From contig FLMG01003852.1 in assembly GCA_900088475.1 (NCBI GenBank), positions 1-43,188 of the forward strand: DNA of 43,188 nt. The letters run 5' to 3'. The notes beneath the pieces were generated by a model. It was not told where the DNA came from. It worked only from the letters and a program-made list of their open reading frames with translations, and searched no databases. A program made the position numbers and the translations under genes. Positions 11,559 to 24,000 of this stretch are shown piece by piece; the first letter of the stretch is position 1; each line of letters starts with the position of its first letter. Source of the stretch: Hyphochytrium catenoides. Taxonomy: Eukaryota; Protista; Hyphochytriomycota.

Positions 11559-14030
11559 ATAGCTACTTCTATATTATCATAACTAAGAAGAAGTAAATGA
11601 AGAAGAAGAAGAACAGGAGAAGAAGAAGAAGAAATGGAAGACGAGACGGGAGCTACAGAGTCCTGGACTCTTCAACACGCTCTCCTCCGCCACCTCTACT
11701 ATCGCAAAAGGAAGAATCATAGTTAAACTCTTCGGCAAGAACGATAGAAGGCGGAGGAGGAGAAGAACAACAAGAGGACGTGGCGCCGAGACCATCATCA
11801 TCCTCGCGCTCAATCAGGCGAGCTAGGGCGGGGTCCAACTGCTGAACAGAAACAGCTCAGAATCTGAATCGCATTCTCCTGACGAAAGAGGTTCTCGTAT
11901 GAAGAGTCAGAGCCTTTGGCAGCCGAGACCAATGGCCAAGACGACGGAAGCCTCAAGAGCAGCATGATCACACAGAACCTTTACCAGCTGTTACACAGGG
12001 TCCAGGACATAGGGCACCAAAAGACTCCCAACCAGACGAGCGGCGGCAAAGACTGAAGCCCCACAGCCCGCCGGCAGGGACCTCATACGTCCTCACCTTC
12101 TTCGCTTTCTCAGACAAACGACTTTGGTAGCCGGCATGGACTGCTGCATAGGGAAGGGTTCTTCTTCAGGATTGCAGACATTTCCGTGATGACGACATCT
12201 CAAAGGCCGAGTACTGATAAGAAGTTGAGAATCCACGAGCCAACAACTCTCCAGGCTTCTTCTGAATGATGATACAAACAAAGAGCTAACGGAAAGGGGA
12301 AAGGAGACTTGTCATACTCTGTTCTGCAGAGACCGCAGCACCAGTAATGCCAGGTCAATAGTACGTAGAAACAGAAAGCGCAGTAGTAGTAGCGACTCGG
12401 TGATAGGCCGACTTCATAACCCAGAGTGATGGTCTTGCTCTCCTTTGGATTGTCGCCATTGTTAGCAGATTCTACAAAGGAGCTCCGTCACATCTCCATA
12501 TAAATAAAGTGATGATCTGGCCAGACAACAAGCTCCATAAGGTAAGGCCATGTTGGCTTCCGTCATTCTGCAATGGTGATGACATCAATAAGCTAGTCAC
12601 TTACTTCATGTGCTTAACTCAAATGATGAACCTCGACACTGAATTGCTGACGCGTCTTATCCTCAAATAGTGATCTCCTTCAGTAGACAAAAGAAGTGTA
12701 TGACCTGTGGCCCAGTTAATGAAGGCGTAAGAGGGTCATCTGGAAGAGATGATGGATGATACGGATATTAGAAGAAGGAACACGCAAGGAAGAGAGGTCT
12801 ACTACTAGTAGTTCTCCTATCGAGTAAGCACCAAATAGAAGGGAAACTACGCCATCTAAAGCAGGAGTAGTAAGGAGAGACCTGCTTAGGTCATCGTCAC
12901 TGTGCATCGCCCCATTTGACCCTGTGGTCATACAGCAGGCAATAAGAAGAAGGCAGAAGCAGGACCGACGATGGTGTCGTAAGGGGTCTCAGACGACGGT
13001 CTATAACAGCAAGATATTGTTTGAGGGCTCAATTCCCTCCTCGTGCCTCGTGCGAAGTTCAAGAAGTGCATCGGGATCTGTATGCAATCCCTAGACGATC
13101 TTCCCACATCTCCTCCTCCTCATCACCATATTTATTGTCCTAAGAGCGACGGTAAGCCCATTCGATTTCTCTCTTTTACTTTCGCTCTACTGCTCCTCCG
13201 CCGCACAACAAACTGGCTACTATTAGTTCATCACAGAGCTTCCAGTCTTCTTCACTAGTTGTTGCTTCTTACTTCCTATCAACCTGGCCTGAAGGCGTAA
13301 CCTCCGTCGGACTGTCTCCTATAGCTCTGCCATTTTAGAGGAGATCTGGTGAGGGTGGATAATATGCATCAGTCTTACTTCTCAACAAGGGCTCAGAAGT
13401 AGTAGTACCACCACACCTTGTCATCGTAGCTTATGCCGGTGTTTATAGTGGTCTTTGTTTAGCTAACAAGCTTCGGCCATGCAAAGATGGCCTCCTACTG
13501 AACCCTCCTTTGGAGTAAGCGTGATTGCAATAATATTAGCAACAAAGGCTACATCTTGAGCTTAGGCTAATAAGCTTCTGCTGCTCCTTATTAGGCGTCA
13601 GGGGCAATTCGTATTGACGGAATCATGGGGACCGCAAGCGCAAGCAATCGTTTAGCACAGGTCGAAGGATAATGAATAGCTGGTAGTGATTTTCGTGTCT
13701 TATTACCGACTAATAGAGGAAGAGCGGTGAAGGAGAAGGAGGGTGGACGAAGGTGACCACTGCTGGAGGCTTAGCGCTTAGCTTACTGCCTTCACTCCTT
13801 TCCTACAAAGTGTACGAGTAAATCAGTTAGAGTTATGCTCCGCTACTATCAAATAGCCGACTCTTCATCTTCATCGCTTGAGTTTGCCGCATAAGCCGCC
13901 GTATGGTTTGCCTGTATTTTGGTCCTGCCTATCTAAAGCGGCAAACGTTTTCAAGGCAGCAGAGCCCAGCCTGCATCATTCATTATCCGGTGGTGTCCTT
14001 CTTCACAACAACAGTCATCTCCTCCTTGTA
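11559..14030 (-). mobile_element. CRE-clade non-LTR retrotransposon relic, copy 2 (RT-CCHC-RLE), directly upstream of copy 1
   Basis: 11559-12163 is clearly homologous to 10454-11115. The RLE motif KKPGELLARGFSTSYQYSAF/DVVIT lies at ~12265-12185 and the zinc knuckle CRIC at 12476-12465. Progressively weaker RT and thumb fragments continue upstream (SDDDLSRSL, IIHP, GAAEA, AALKTF..AGP to ~13960). The extent beyond ~12500 is less certain. Confidence 0.65.
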
Positions 14031-15965
14031 CTTAGCACATAGAACAATCCGTTATCTCCCTAGGAAACCGAGAACAAGCAAGGAGAATAGATAGAATAGG
14101 AAAGCAGCCACCAGCGATGTGTATGGACTTAGAGAGGGGCTGTGGGAGTGCTGGAAGGTTTGGCCTACGTGATGAGATGATGAGTGCTGCTTTCATTGGT
14201 GCTTCCATCAGCTTTCCCCGCCAATAAAGGAAACCTCCCATTGTGGCGCTTTAAACCTCTGTAACCATTTCCCACATTGATCATAGTAAAAGCAGGTCAT
14301 GCTGGAAAGAACACTACACATGACTTAAAGCCTCACACAGAATCCGGCTTATGTAGAGCTTCCACCATAATGAAGGCCAAATATATCTAGCACAGGGGCC
14401 GGGGGGGGACCTCTAGGGAGACTGTGGCGGTAGTGAGCCTAATAGGCAGATATTCAGCCTCCACAACCTTCCGATCAGCCAATGCTGAGGGATCGAAGTT
14501 GAGGAACAATAAGTGGGCTTCTTCCCTCGTCAGGTCTAGGTGGCTGTCCACACACCTCCTTTCCTCTGTAGTTCACGCGATTGTTGTTCTTGATGAAGGA
14601 ACAATGACGATGAGCCGATGTGGATGAGGCTCTTCATCCTCGACCTCTTGCAGCGAGGTGATCTTCATGATTCATGATGTCAGGTGATGACCCAAGAGTG
14701 AAGGAGAGGCTGTCAATTGTTTAGGACAAAAGTATGAGGGTTCAATCAGTGTGAGGTCAAAGTTGGACACTAATACAGGATCAAACATTGGTACCCTGGA
14801 TGGGGAGGCTGATGAAACCGTGACTACTTGATTTCGACTATTGGGCTAGTGTGAGGACTGGTGTTTGCGGTACATCGTTAGGATAGCAATCCTTTTATCA
14901 GGAGTGAAACCTCTCAAGAGCCAGCAATGGGGGAGTCGGTTGTCCGGTGACCTTGGGGGACGCCCCGCTTATTTCCCCAGTCAACTGAATGATTTATTTA
15001 TAATGACAGAATTGCTTGGTGTACTATTTCAAAGGGCAAACCGATAGGCAACAGAAGCACCACGTTGCTCCTTAAATTCCTGTGAACTTGGTGGGACTTC
15101 TATTAGGCACGTGCCTTTGAGGTTTGGTCATCATACCACGCCCCATGTCGTACTATTATTGTCCTTGAGCTCATCACAAATCCTCCTCTGCTGCTCGGAT
15201 TTACCACTCTTATGGTCAAGCTGTGACACATTTTCTCTTTGCTCCCCTCTCAAATCATTGGCCCATTCCTTACACCAATAAGGCTTTTTTGACTGTATGC
15301 TTCTATGGGTGAACACGGACTCGAAGATCTTCTTAGAAGGACCTTTCGTGAAGACTGCCCGATGGTGAGAAGCATGCCGCCTCCAACTGGTGGTACCTTC
15401 TGGAGCCTCCTCTATCGTCTGCACAGGAGGGTGAAAGTCTTCAGCTGCCAGACAGCAGTAGTCAATACTGTCGTCGGTATGCCAAAGCGAGCGAATATCG
15501 TGAGCAATCTTCAGGGATAAAGAAGGAGACCACTCAAGAAAGATCGGCTCTGTTCTCAATCAGCAATAACAGCAAATCAGCACAATCGAGCTAAACAGTG
15601 GAGATCGCGCGCAGGAAGCACCACTCATTCACTAGCTTACAGGCATACCGAATAGGAAGCGTACGTACTGGTACCTGACTTTACTGGGGAATTAAAGAAG
15701 GTGGTTCAAGTTAAACACACGACGCTGCTGTCGAAGCTGATGATGGACAGTGAATAGATGCTCGGGACAGGTGCAAACAAAGCTTGATTGGTCCTGGCAC
15801 TGGTAAATCAAGGACATCTCAACGTTTGGTTGACCCTATGACAGAAGAAAGATGATCGATGTAGGGGTGAGAGACCAGGGTGCCGGAAGTCCCAGAGACT
15901 CTTACTCTTATCTAGGATCACGAGAAACTCAAAGCACCAGCATATGTTGGCTGTCCCCTCCGAAA

Positions 15966-17456
15966 ATGTCGTCCATCACAAGGGATCCTTTTGATGGCAA
16001 CCACCTACTATGTTATGTGAAGCGTTGTAAAAGGTATGCCAAAACGGATGGACTCTGCCTCTGGCATGACAAGCTCAAGCGGGAGCAGGAAGAAGAAGCC
16101 GCTGCTGATAAGAGGAAATCTATGCCACGTGTAGCTTCTTCGATGATGCCTCTTTCAATCTCGGAGTCGTATTGGCTAACGCGTTGCGCTTGGCCCAGCT
16201 ATACCATGTCCTCCGCTCCTTCATCGTCCCTAATTGAAGTGACGAAAAAATGTGACAACGATGTAGGGACTTTGAACAATAGACTGCACACAGAACCTGT
16301 CCAGTCAGCCTTTTGGCGGGGAACATACCCAGAAAAGGTGGGGCCAGCAAACAATCAGTGGCTGGGCTTGGATAGGCAAACCGAACGTCGGGCTCCACCT
16401 CTGTCAGAGGACGCTTTAAGTAGAAGAGAACATTGGGTAGCCGTTGTGCCCCAGTATCAAGAGGGACACCACCTGGTCAGTCCGATTCATGGCTCTAGGA
16501 CAACGCTTAAGGCTTCAGTATGCGAGAATCAATGGCTGGCGGGGAAAGCTGCGAGGACGTGGACCGAGATGGGTATATCAAGGTCGGGTGACGCACAATA
16601 TAGTCCTTCTGGGAAAGATATGGACCCTAGGGCGGTTGTTGCTGAGAGACGGCTTAGAGGTGTACAGCTATCCGATACGTGGGGCACAACCACAAAGAGC
16701 ATACGAGTGAGTCCTACATTTATGCAAACTACAGGACAAGACGCCAAGGCTGATCCTCCGCCCACATCGAAAGGAAGAAGCTATACTAAAGAAAGAATAA
16801 GGCCAATTGAGAATCGGCCTTTTAGCTGCTCCGACGAATCAGATTCTTATGAGGGCGGCGACGATGTCAGCTCGACGGACGTGCAACCAGTTTTCAGTGG
16901 TGAGCGGCACCGAAGGGGAGGGGACAGCCGACCGTCTTTGTCAACTCCAGCATGCCGCATACCTGCTGCCTCTCTCCCTCTCTCATGCAGCACTCTGTTG
17001 GACGTCGACAAATCCCAACCTGGAGCCAGACAGCAACGTAGTGACAGGAAAAGACTCCCTTGTCCGACAATTGATCGATACGGGAAGCTTAGGAAACCCA
17101 CTAAGTGGCCTAGACGAAAAAAATGCTTAGCGCCAGATTGTCCTAACATCTCAAAGACCAGGTGAATCTCAGATAAAGCATGAAGGCTGTCGTGTACCTT
17201 GATTGCATCATAACGCTTTCGTTTTACCATTTCTTGCAGAGGCTTTTGCAAGCGCCACGGAGGTGGGGAACGGTGTGATGTTGAAGGCTGTACCAGCTCA
17301 GCGAAAAAGGATAGGAGGTGCATAAAGCATGGAGGTGGCCTGTGCAAGTATAAAGGTTGCACAACCGGAGCGCGACATGGCGACCTCTGCATCCTGCATG
17401 GCCGCATCGTAAAGGAAGCTGGAAGGCAACCGCCATCGAGAGAGTCGAGGCGATAG
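15966..17456 (+). CDS. WRKY19-like CX4C-X9-CX2H zinc-finger repeat protein, paralog of 3659-5354; model join(15966..17161,17240..17456), alternative upstream start at 15852
   Basis: N-terminal finger CYVKRCKRYAKTDGLCLWH. The segment IDRYGKLRKPTKWPRRKKCLAPDCPNISKTR is followed by a 78-nt GT-AG intron at the same codon and phase as in the paralog. Exon 2 reads RGFCKRHGGGERCDVEGCTSSAKKDRRCIKHGGGLCKYKGCTTGARHGDLCILH to TAG at 17456. Confidence 0.85.
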
Positions 17457-17812
17457 AGTTATGTGGTAAACACATTAGGAACTTTTGCTACTAGTCATAA
17501 ACCACGATGTATCTTACTGAGGACCTTGCCAGCTCACCACATGGAATGCTGCCGTGCCGAGCTCTAGATAGCTCAGCCAATGTGCTGAAGGCTCTTTTAG
17601 AGATGCCATGGCGGTATAGCATCTCGAAAGTTATTAGCACCAACCTCCTTTTAAGCCCTTCCTGGAAAGAGAGTACTTGCCCACTTACAGAACATATTTC
17701 ATACGATTATCAACTTCGAGAGTAGTGGTGAGGGTTGTCAATACTTAGCTCGGGTCTCTTCTGACGCGTTCTTGGCTTAGTAATAATGACCTGTTGCGGC
17801 AGAAGCGTATGA

Positions 17813-17961
17813 NNNNNNNNNNNNNNNNNNNNNNNNNNNNNNNNNNNNNNNNNNNNNNNNNNNNNNNNNNNNNNNNNNNNNNNNNNNNNNNNNNNNNNNN
17901 NNNNNNNNNNNNNNNNNNNNNNNNNNNNNNNNNNNNNNNNNNNNNNNNNNNNNNNNNNNNN
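17813..17961. other. Assembly gap (149 N)
   Basis: Run of N. Confidence 1.
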
Positions 17962-18299
17962 AAGGCGACTCTAAGGGCTTTTCTCTTAGCTCGAACTTTA
18001 TTGACTGATCTTTTACATTGTGAGTAGAAGCAAACCGATCTCAGGAAGAGCAGAGAGAGAAGGAGGGAGAGAAAGATACAACTAGAGATGAGAGCAGCCT
18101 CCTTCGTAGCAAGCGCTACGCTGATAGCCAACCATTGGCCCAGGAGACTCGGACTAGCCATCCTCGTAAGCTAGTTCCCCTACACGGAGTATTCACATAT
18201 AACATATATGCTGCTATGGGTGTATAATCGAAACACACGAACCCTGATAGGCAGCACCAGCCCAGCCAATCAAACCTTCAACAACTATTATCCAACAAG

Positions 18300-18510
18300 C
18301 AAGTGCGTTCCCAATCTCCTCTCGCACCAAGGGGATTAGCTTCGAGGGTCGAGCACGCTGACGACGCCTCACACCGCCCAAGGATAGGAGAGACACAAGT
18401 CAGAGTTCCAAACGTAATAAGGTACCAGTGTGCAAGGGCGATGTACTACTGCTCAAGTGGTTTATGAAATCCATGCATCCACTTTGCTTCACATCATTAT
18501 TCAATGAGGA
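18300..18510 (+). mobile_element. Possible Ty1/copia integrase-core relic
   Basis: Frameshifted KGISFE / TTPHTAQG*ER followed by ARAMYYCSSGL resembles the copia pattern GI.H..T.P.TPQ.NG.AER...ARAML..SGL. Confidence 0.35.
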
Positions 18511-20699
18511 CTCATTCAATCAGTAGACTCAACCTCAGTATATATTCTTCTGTCATCTTCCTTACTCTTGCACCTCATCCGTAAAGAAGGATGTGCGCAC
18601 GACCTTGCCTCCCTCCTCCACAATAAAGCAACTACCCATGTTGCTCTCATAGTGCCAGACAAGCTGCCACGCTTATAGCACAATAACAACGGATCCCCGA
18701 GCCGTGTGACGACCGCGAGTCTGAGGTCTAGTAGGTGGAGGAGTATGTATCAATATGACGATAGACTAATGCAACAACTGATAAGGAGCTAAGTATAAGG
18801 GTGTGCTCCTTTACAGCCACCGCAAAGCTTTCTTTGACTGGTGGCTCTCCACTAGATTCATAATAACTTACTTACTATATTCTACTACTACTGATTCGAG
18901 AAAAATCAGTTATGATCCGTCCTTTTCTGATCATGATGGCGGAGGGGAGAGAGCCGGGAGTCCAGCCTTTGTAGCTCTTGCCTTCTCTTCTCTTCTTCTT
19001 CTTCTTCTTCCATATTTAGTGGTAACTCATGAAAGAAAAATTCGCTTTCTCTTGCCTCCTTTCCTTCTTCTCCTTCTTCTTCCTTCCATATATTTTTTTT
19101 TCATAAGGAGAAGGCGAAGAGGAAGCGAAGAAATAGGAGCTAAAATGAAAAAATTGTATGGAAGGAAGAAGACATACTGCCACTTGTCAGTACGAACGGT
19201 AGAGCAGGAGGAGAAGAAGAAGTGACAACAAGATTGTCATCACTCTCTGACAATGTTCACTAGAACCATTTCTCTCCTACAATGTGACGGTTACTTGCTC
19301 TTCTCTACATTTCCCGATTAGTCTTTCTCCTATCTAATTGACTCCTTATGTATTATAAAGCAGATATTATAGAGGAGATATGCAACTGCTTCTTGTTTCT
19401 TCTATGCACCACTACTACTACCAACGTATACCGTTATTCGAGCCTTTGTCGAGGAGCCGTCCACACAAGAGCTCCTGGCGTCGTCTGTTGGTGTCCTCTT
19501 CGAAAGTTTCTTGACGGAAGGCGGATGCGGCGACGACGACTGGAGCATCATCACCTGTACGCTCAAGGAGGTCTAAATAACTACTGTTTTTATAAAAGCT
19601 TCAACCAGTGGGGGAATGCCTCTTGTACATTTAAGAATTTTGACAACACTATGAGTCGAAAGAGGGAAAAGCCAATGAACCTGCAGAGTCGAAAGGACAC
19701 AAAAAAAAAACGGGTGAGGATGCATCATCGAACCCCTCACAAATGAACTGACACCACCCTTCCCTCTCTTTCGCGTGCTTTTCCACCTCAAGGGAATAAT
19801 AAGACTGCGTGTCAAAAAATGCGTGTCTGATGCATTGATGATACCCCTACACTGTTTGTTCTAACTGGTTGAACTCCTTTCTCCTCATCCTCCTTAGAAC
19901 AAACAGTTTATCACTCATCTCTGCCAAATACCAAGACAGTTTTAACACTTTCTTGACACCTGCTCGGGGTTTTGTGAGCGAATCCTGGTGGGATGGGTTT
20001 CATCAGGCCTAAATTTTTGCCTTCTGTAAATTAGTGCTAGTAAGCAGTCCACACCACACGCAGTTTCAGTCCTAAACTGGCTAGGATTATAACAGGACCG
20101 CTTTAGGCTCCGTTATCTCGGAGTCGTCGACAACAAGTCGACTAACTTAAGAATGCCAGTCATACTACTGCATGTCTTGTTGGCTGTAACTAGGGCTTTG
20201 ATGAAGGAATGTTGGCATTACTACTCCTACCTTGACTGCGTGTCAGTACTAAAGTTAGAGGGAGAAAGCAGGTGGCCCTAAATATTATCTAGGGGAAGGG
20301 TACTTAGGAAAGAAAACATGGCAGATTACACGACAGCTTTGGTCACACAAACCGGCGTGCATCAGATGAGAGCCAGATGCAGGTGAAAATAAATATAAAC
20401 CTGGAGAGGCACGCTGAAATGAGAGAAAGATGTCAAAGAGTGGTTGTTTTTCAGAAACAAAGTTTAGCGATTGGGACATACAGAGTGTTCGCAAGGTATC
20501 TTTAGTGAGAGGAAGAGTGGAAGAGCCGCCTGTCGACAGAGGTTTGGTGAGGTGATGTGTAGAAAGTACTGGAAGGACTGATACGAGAGGGCATAATGTT
20601 AGGTCCATCATCAGAGTCTTGATAGTGCAGTCCCAGCCGCAGGCACATGACTGCGTGCAGAGAATCATCACAGAAGAGCACCAATATGGCCCGTTTTCT

Positions 20700-20800
20700 C
20701 TTTCTCCTTGTCTCTCTCTCTCTCACTCTCTCTCTCGCTCTCTCTCGTTTCTCTTCTCTCACATTTCCCTTTGCCCCTTTCTGATGCTCTCTCTCACCTG
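20700..20800 (+). repeat. Imperfect (CT)n microsatellite upstream of the ABCB gene
   Basis: tctctctctctctcactctctctctcgctctctctcg... seen directly. Confidence 0.8.
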
Positions 20801-21049
20801 CTCTGAATCTTTCTTCAGAGCTTTGGCACTGGTAATCGTTTCTCTGTTCTCTCGGTTTCATCGTTGTAGAAGTCTCTCTGTCCCAGGGTTGAACACACTT
20901 TCCTTGTCTTGCCACTTCTACATCGTTCCACACCTACGAGTTAAGGCTGGAGGCTGGGGCGAGTCGCCTCGTATGCCGCCAAGCTCCTGATAAAAGTCAA
21001 GGCTCCGAGAGCTTCAGTTTGGATACTCTGGAGTGCTGAGGAAGCAGCC

Positions 21050-24000
21050 ATGGACAATACTGCGGGCGATTATCAGCTGGAGCGCACCCCGAAAGGGGAG
21101 GGCGAGCAGCAATTAGTGAGGGACGCAGAGAAAAATGCCGTGGAGGCGAACAATGTAGCGCTGAGCGTGCAGAAGCTGGAGACAGCAGCAGAGGGAGAGA
21201 GAAATGGGTCATCAACCACCCAAGGCACAGAAAAAGAGAAAGAAGTCCCGGCCGGACCTGTGGCAACTTATCGCGATCTCTTTCGCTTTGCTTCGACCTT
21301 AGATTGGGTCCTTATTGGCCTAGGGGTCTTCTGCTCCGTAGTTGGTGGCGCCGCACTTCCTCTGTTTGCCATTCTCTTTGGTAAGTAGCTTCATCAGCAT
21401 GTTCTTCAGATCAAGCCCTATACATGATTGCCTGACACCTACCATTCTAAAGTTTAGACTTCTGATGGCGCACTTCTCGCCTAGTTAGATCTGACCTCCT
21501 TCATCATGCTCATATGTCTATGGAGGACAGCACTGACAATCCGTTTCATGGCAGGTGACGCAATCAATGCGTTTGTTCCCTCGTACGACGAGGACAAAGT
21601 GATTGAGCTCTGCCTGCTACTCCTTGCCCTCGCAGTCGGGCTCTTCATCTTCGACTACCTATCCTACGCTTTCTTCACCCAAGCAGCCGAGAGACAGATG
21701 CGAGAGATGAGGAGGCAGTGCCTAGATGCCATTCTTAAGCAGGAGATGGGCTGGTTTGACGTGAAAGAGCCTTCTACATTGGCGTCTAGAATTGCAGGGT
21801 GAGTTCCCTTCTATCTGTTCAGCTTCCGTACATTCCGTACTTTGGTCTCTTTTGAGGTCAGTCTTCCGTGTGACCTTTCCTCGGTTAGTGGCATAGCTCA
21901 TGACGTTACCGTCAGCACTCAAGCCGTCTGGCCTCTCTGCGCACAGGGACACGGTAGTCATCCAAGAGGGTATTGGAGAGAAGCTTAGTGATCTTATCCG
22001 TTTCGCGGCGGGCTTCTTTTCAGGCTTTATCATCGGATTTATAAAGGGATGGCTCCTTGCTATTGTCATGTGCGCCGCCGTCCCCGTCCTGTCTGCTTCC
22101 ATCGGCATTCTCTTCAAGAAGATCCAGACGCTAGCGATTGAAGGACAAAGGGCTTATGCAAGGGTACGAGTGCTCGCTTTTCTTTCTCTGTCTTCCTGCA
22201 ATGGCACCTAAGAGGCTGATGGCGAAGCAGTCAATTTCTTTATTGAAGCCTTACGTCCCTCTCCTTCAACAATGCTGCGTCCCAATCATTACAGGCTGGT
22301 GGTGTGGCCGAAGAAACATTTTCCTCTATTCGCACGGTGGCTTCCTTCACCGCAGAGGCTAAAGCTCTTTCCAAGTACGAGCGACTGGTGCTCGAGGCAG
22401 AGAAAGTCCTTTTGAGAGGAAGTGTTACGCAGGGCCTGGGGGTTGGAGCAACAATGTTCACAGTATTCTGCACCTATTCTCTGGGCATGTGGTACGGCGG
22501 AAAGCTTGTCTCGGAGCAGAACTCTGTGGTCAACACTCCGGGTCAAGTCTTCTCCGTGTTCTTTGCCATTATGCTTGGGACAGTGTCCCTTGGACAAGCG
22601 TCACCCAATATCTCAGCGCTCGCTCAGGCGAAAGGAACCTTTGGAGGTATTATGGAGATCTTGGACAGGCAACCTGAGATTCAGAAAGAGGAGGGCATCT
22701 CCCCAGCGAGCTGTGAGGGCAAGATCGACTTCCAAGATATCTCTTTCCGCTACCCATCACGGCCAGCAGTACAGATTCTTAATGGCTTTAACCTGAATAT
22801 CAACCCGGGAGAAACAGTAGCTCTTGTCGGAGGTAGCGGGGGAGGAAAAAGCACCGTTGTGTCTCTACTGGAGAGGTTCTACGACGTTGAAGGAGGAGTC
22901 ATTCTTCTCGATGGCAGAGACCTTCGCTCCCTGTCTCCGCAGTGGGTGAGGCAGCAGATTGGGCTTGTAGGTCAGGAGCCTGTGCTCTTTGACTGTTCTA
23001 TCCGTGAGAATATCCGCTACGGGAGGCCTGGCGCCACTGATGAAGATGTGGAGGCAGCCGCTAAGAGCAGCAACGCCCATAACTTTATCATGTCGTTTCC
23101 TCTAGGGTACGACACTCCTGCCGGAGAGAAAGGGGTCCAGCTCTCAGGAGGTAAGATGAACCGGCGACAGAACCAAATGCAGAGAGGGAAGATTTAGAGG
23201 CTAGGTAGTCCCCTGCCACGTTTCGACTCTGAAGTCCTTTGAAATCCTTTCCGGTTGCTTACTGGTCGTCGCTGTCATGATCTTCCTCTCGCTACTACCT
23301 TCTAGGTCAGAAGCAACGTATTGCCATCGCTCGCGCGATAGTTAGGGACCCGGCCATCCTTCTGCTGGATGAGGCCACTAGCGCTTTGGACAGAGAGTCT
23401 GAGAGAATGGTCCAGGTAAGAGTGGAAGGTGACTTGTTTGCATTGCTGCATGGTCCCTCTTATTCTCTGGGACATCCTAATGTTCCTTCATCTCATCTTC
23501 ATCTTCGCCTTGTTGTCTTGTTTGAAGAAGTTCGTCTTCTGCAGAGTCGTCCTCTACACCCTGGTTTCTAACTCCTCCCTTCTATTGTGACGTGAACCCA
23601 GGCTGCATTGGACAATCTCCTCTCGCTGAAGAAGCGCACCACCATCATTATCGCACATCGCCTCTCAACCATCAAAGGATCTGATCAGATTGCTGTCGTA
23701 ATGAATGGAAAAGTGGTAGAGAAAGGGACTCACGACGCCCTTATGTCCATCCCGAACGGTGCCTATTCGGAGTTAGTCCGGCTTCAAGAGGGAGAGAAAA
23801 CGGAAGATGAAGAAGATGCTGTAGTAGATGACGCCACGCCATCCCAAAAGGACCTTAAGAAGATACAGTCCGAAAGCATGCTCTCCCGCAGCGGTCCGTT
23901 CTCGAGCACGCTCAAGCAAAGTTTCCACTCTGAGATAAAAAGAGGAGACGATGATGAAGACATGGAGAAAGCTGCGCAGGTGGAGGAAGAGCTCAAGTCA

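Noticed and set aside
12420-12930. Initially read as gypsy integrase (SDDDLSR, LMELVVWP)
   Set aside because: The motif order fits better as the linker and CCHC region of the adjacent CRE-like element.
14050-15560. Decayed coding-like sequence including ORF 15131-15559
   Set aside because: No recognisable motif; probably TE debris but cannot be assigned.
17745-18161. ORFs spanning the N run
   Set aside because: Artefacts of the assembly gap.
18803-20990. Several 120-140 aa ORFs
   Set aside because: They are driven by CT/GA and TTC low-complexity tracts and show no domain signal.
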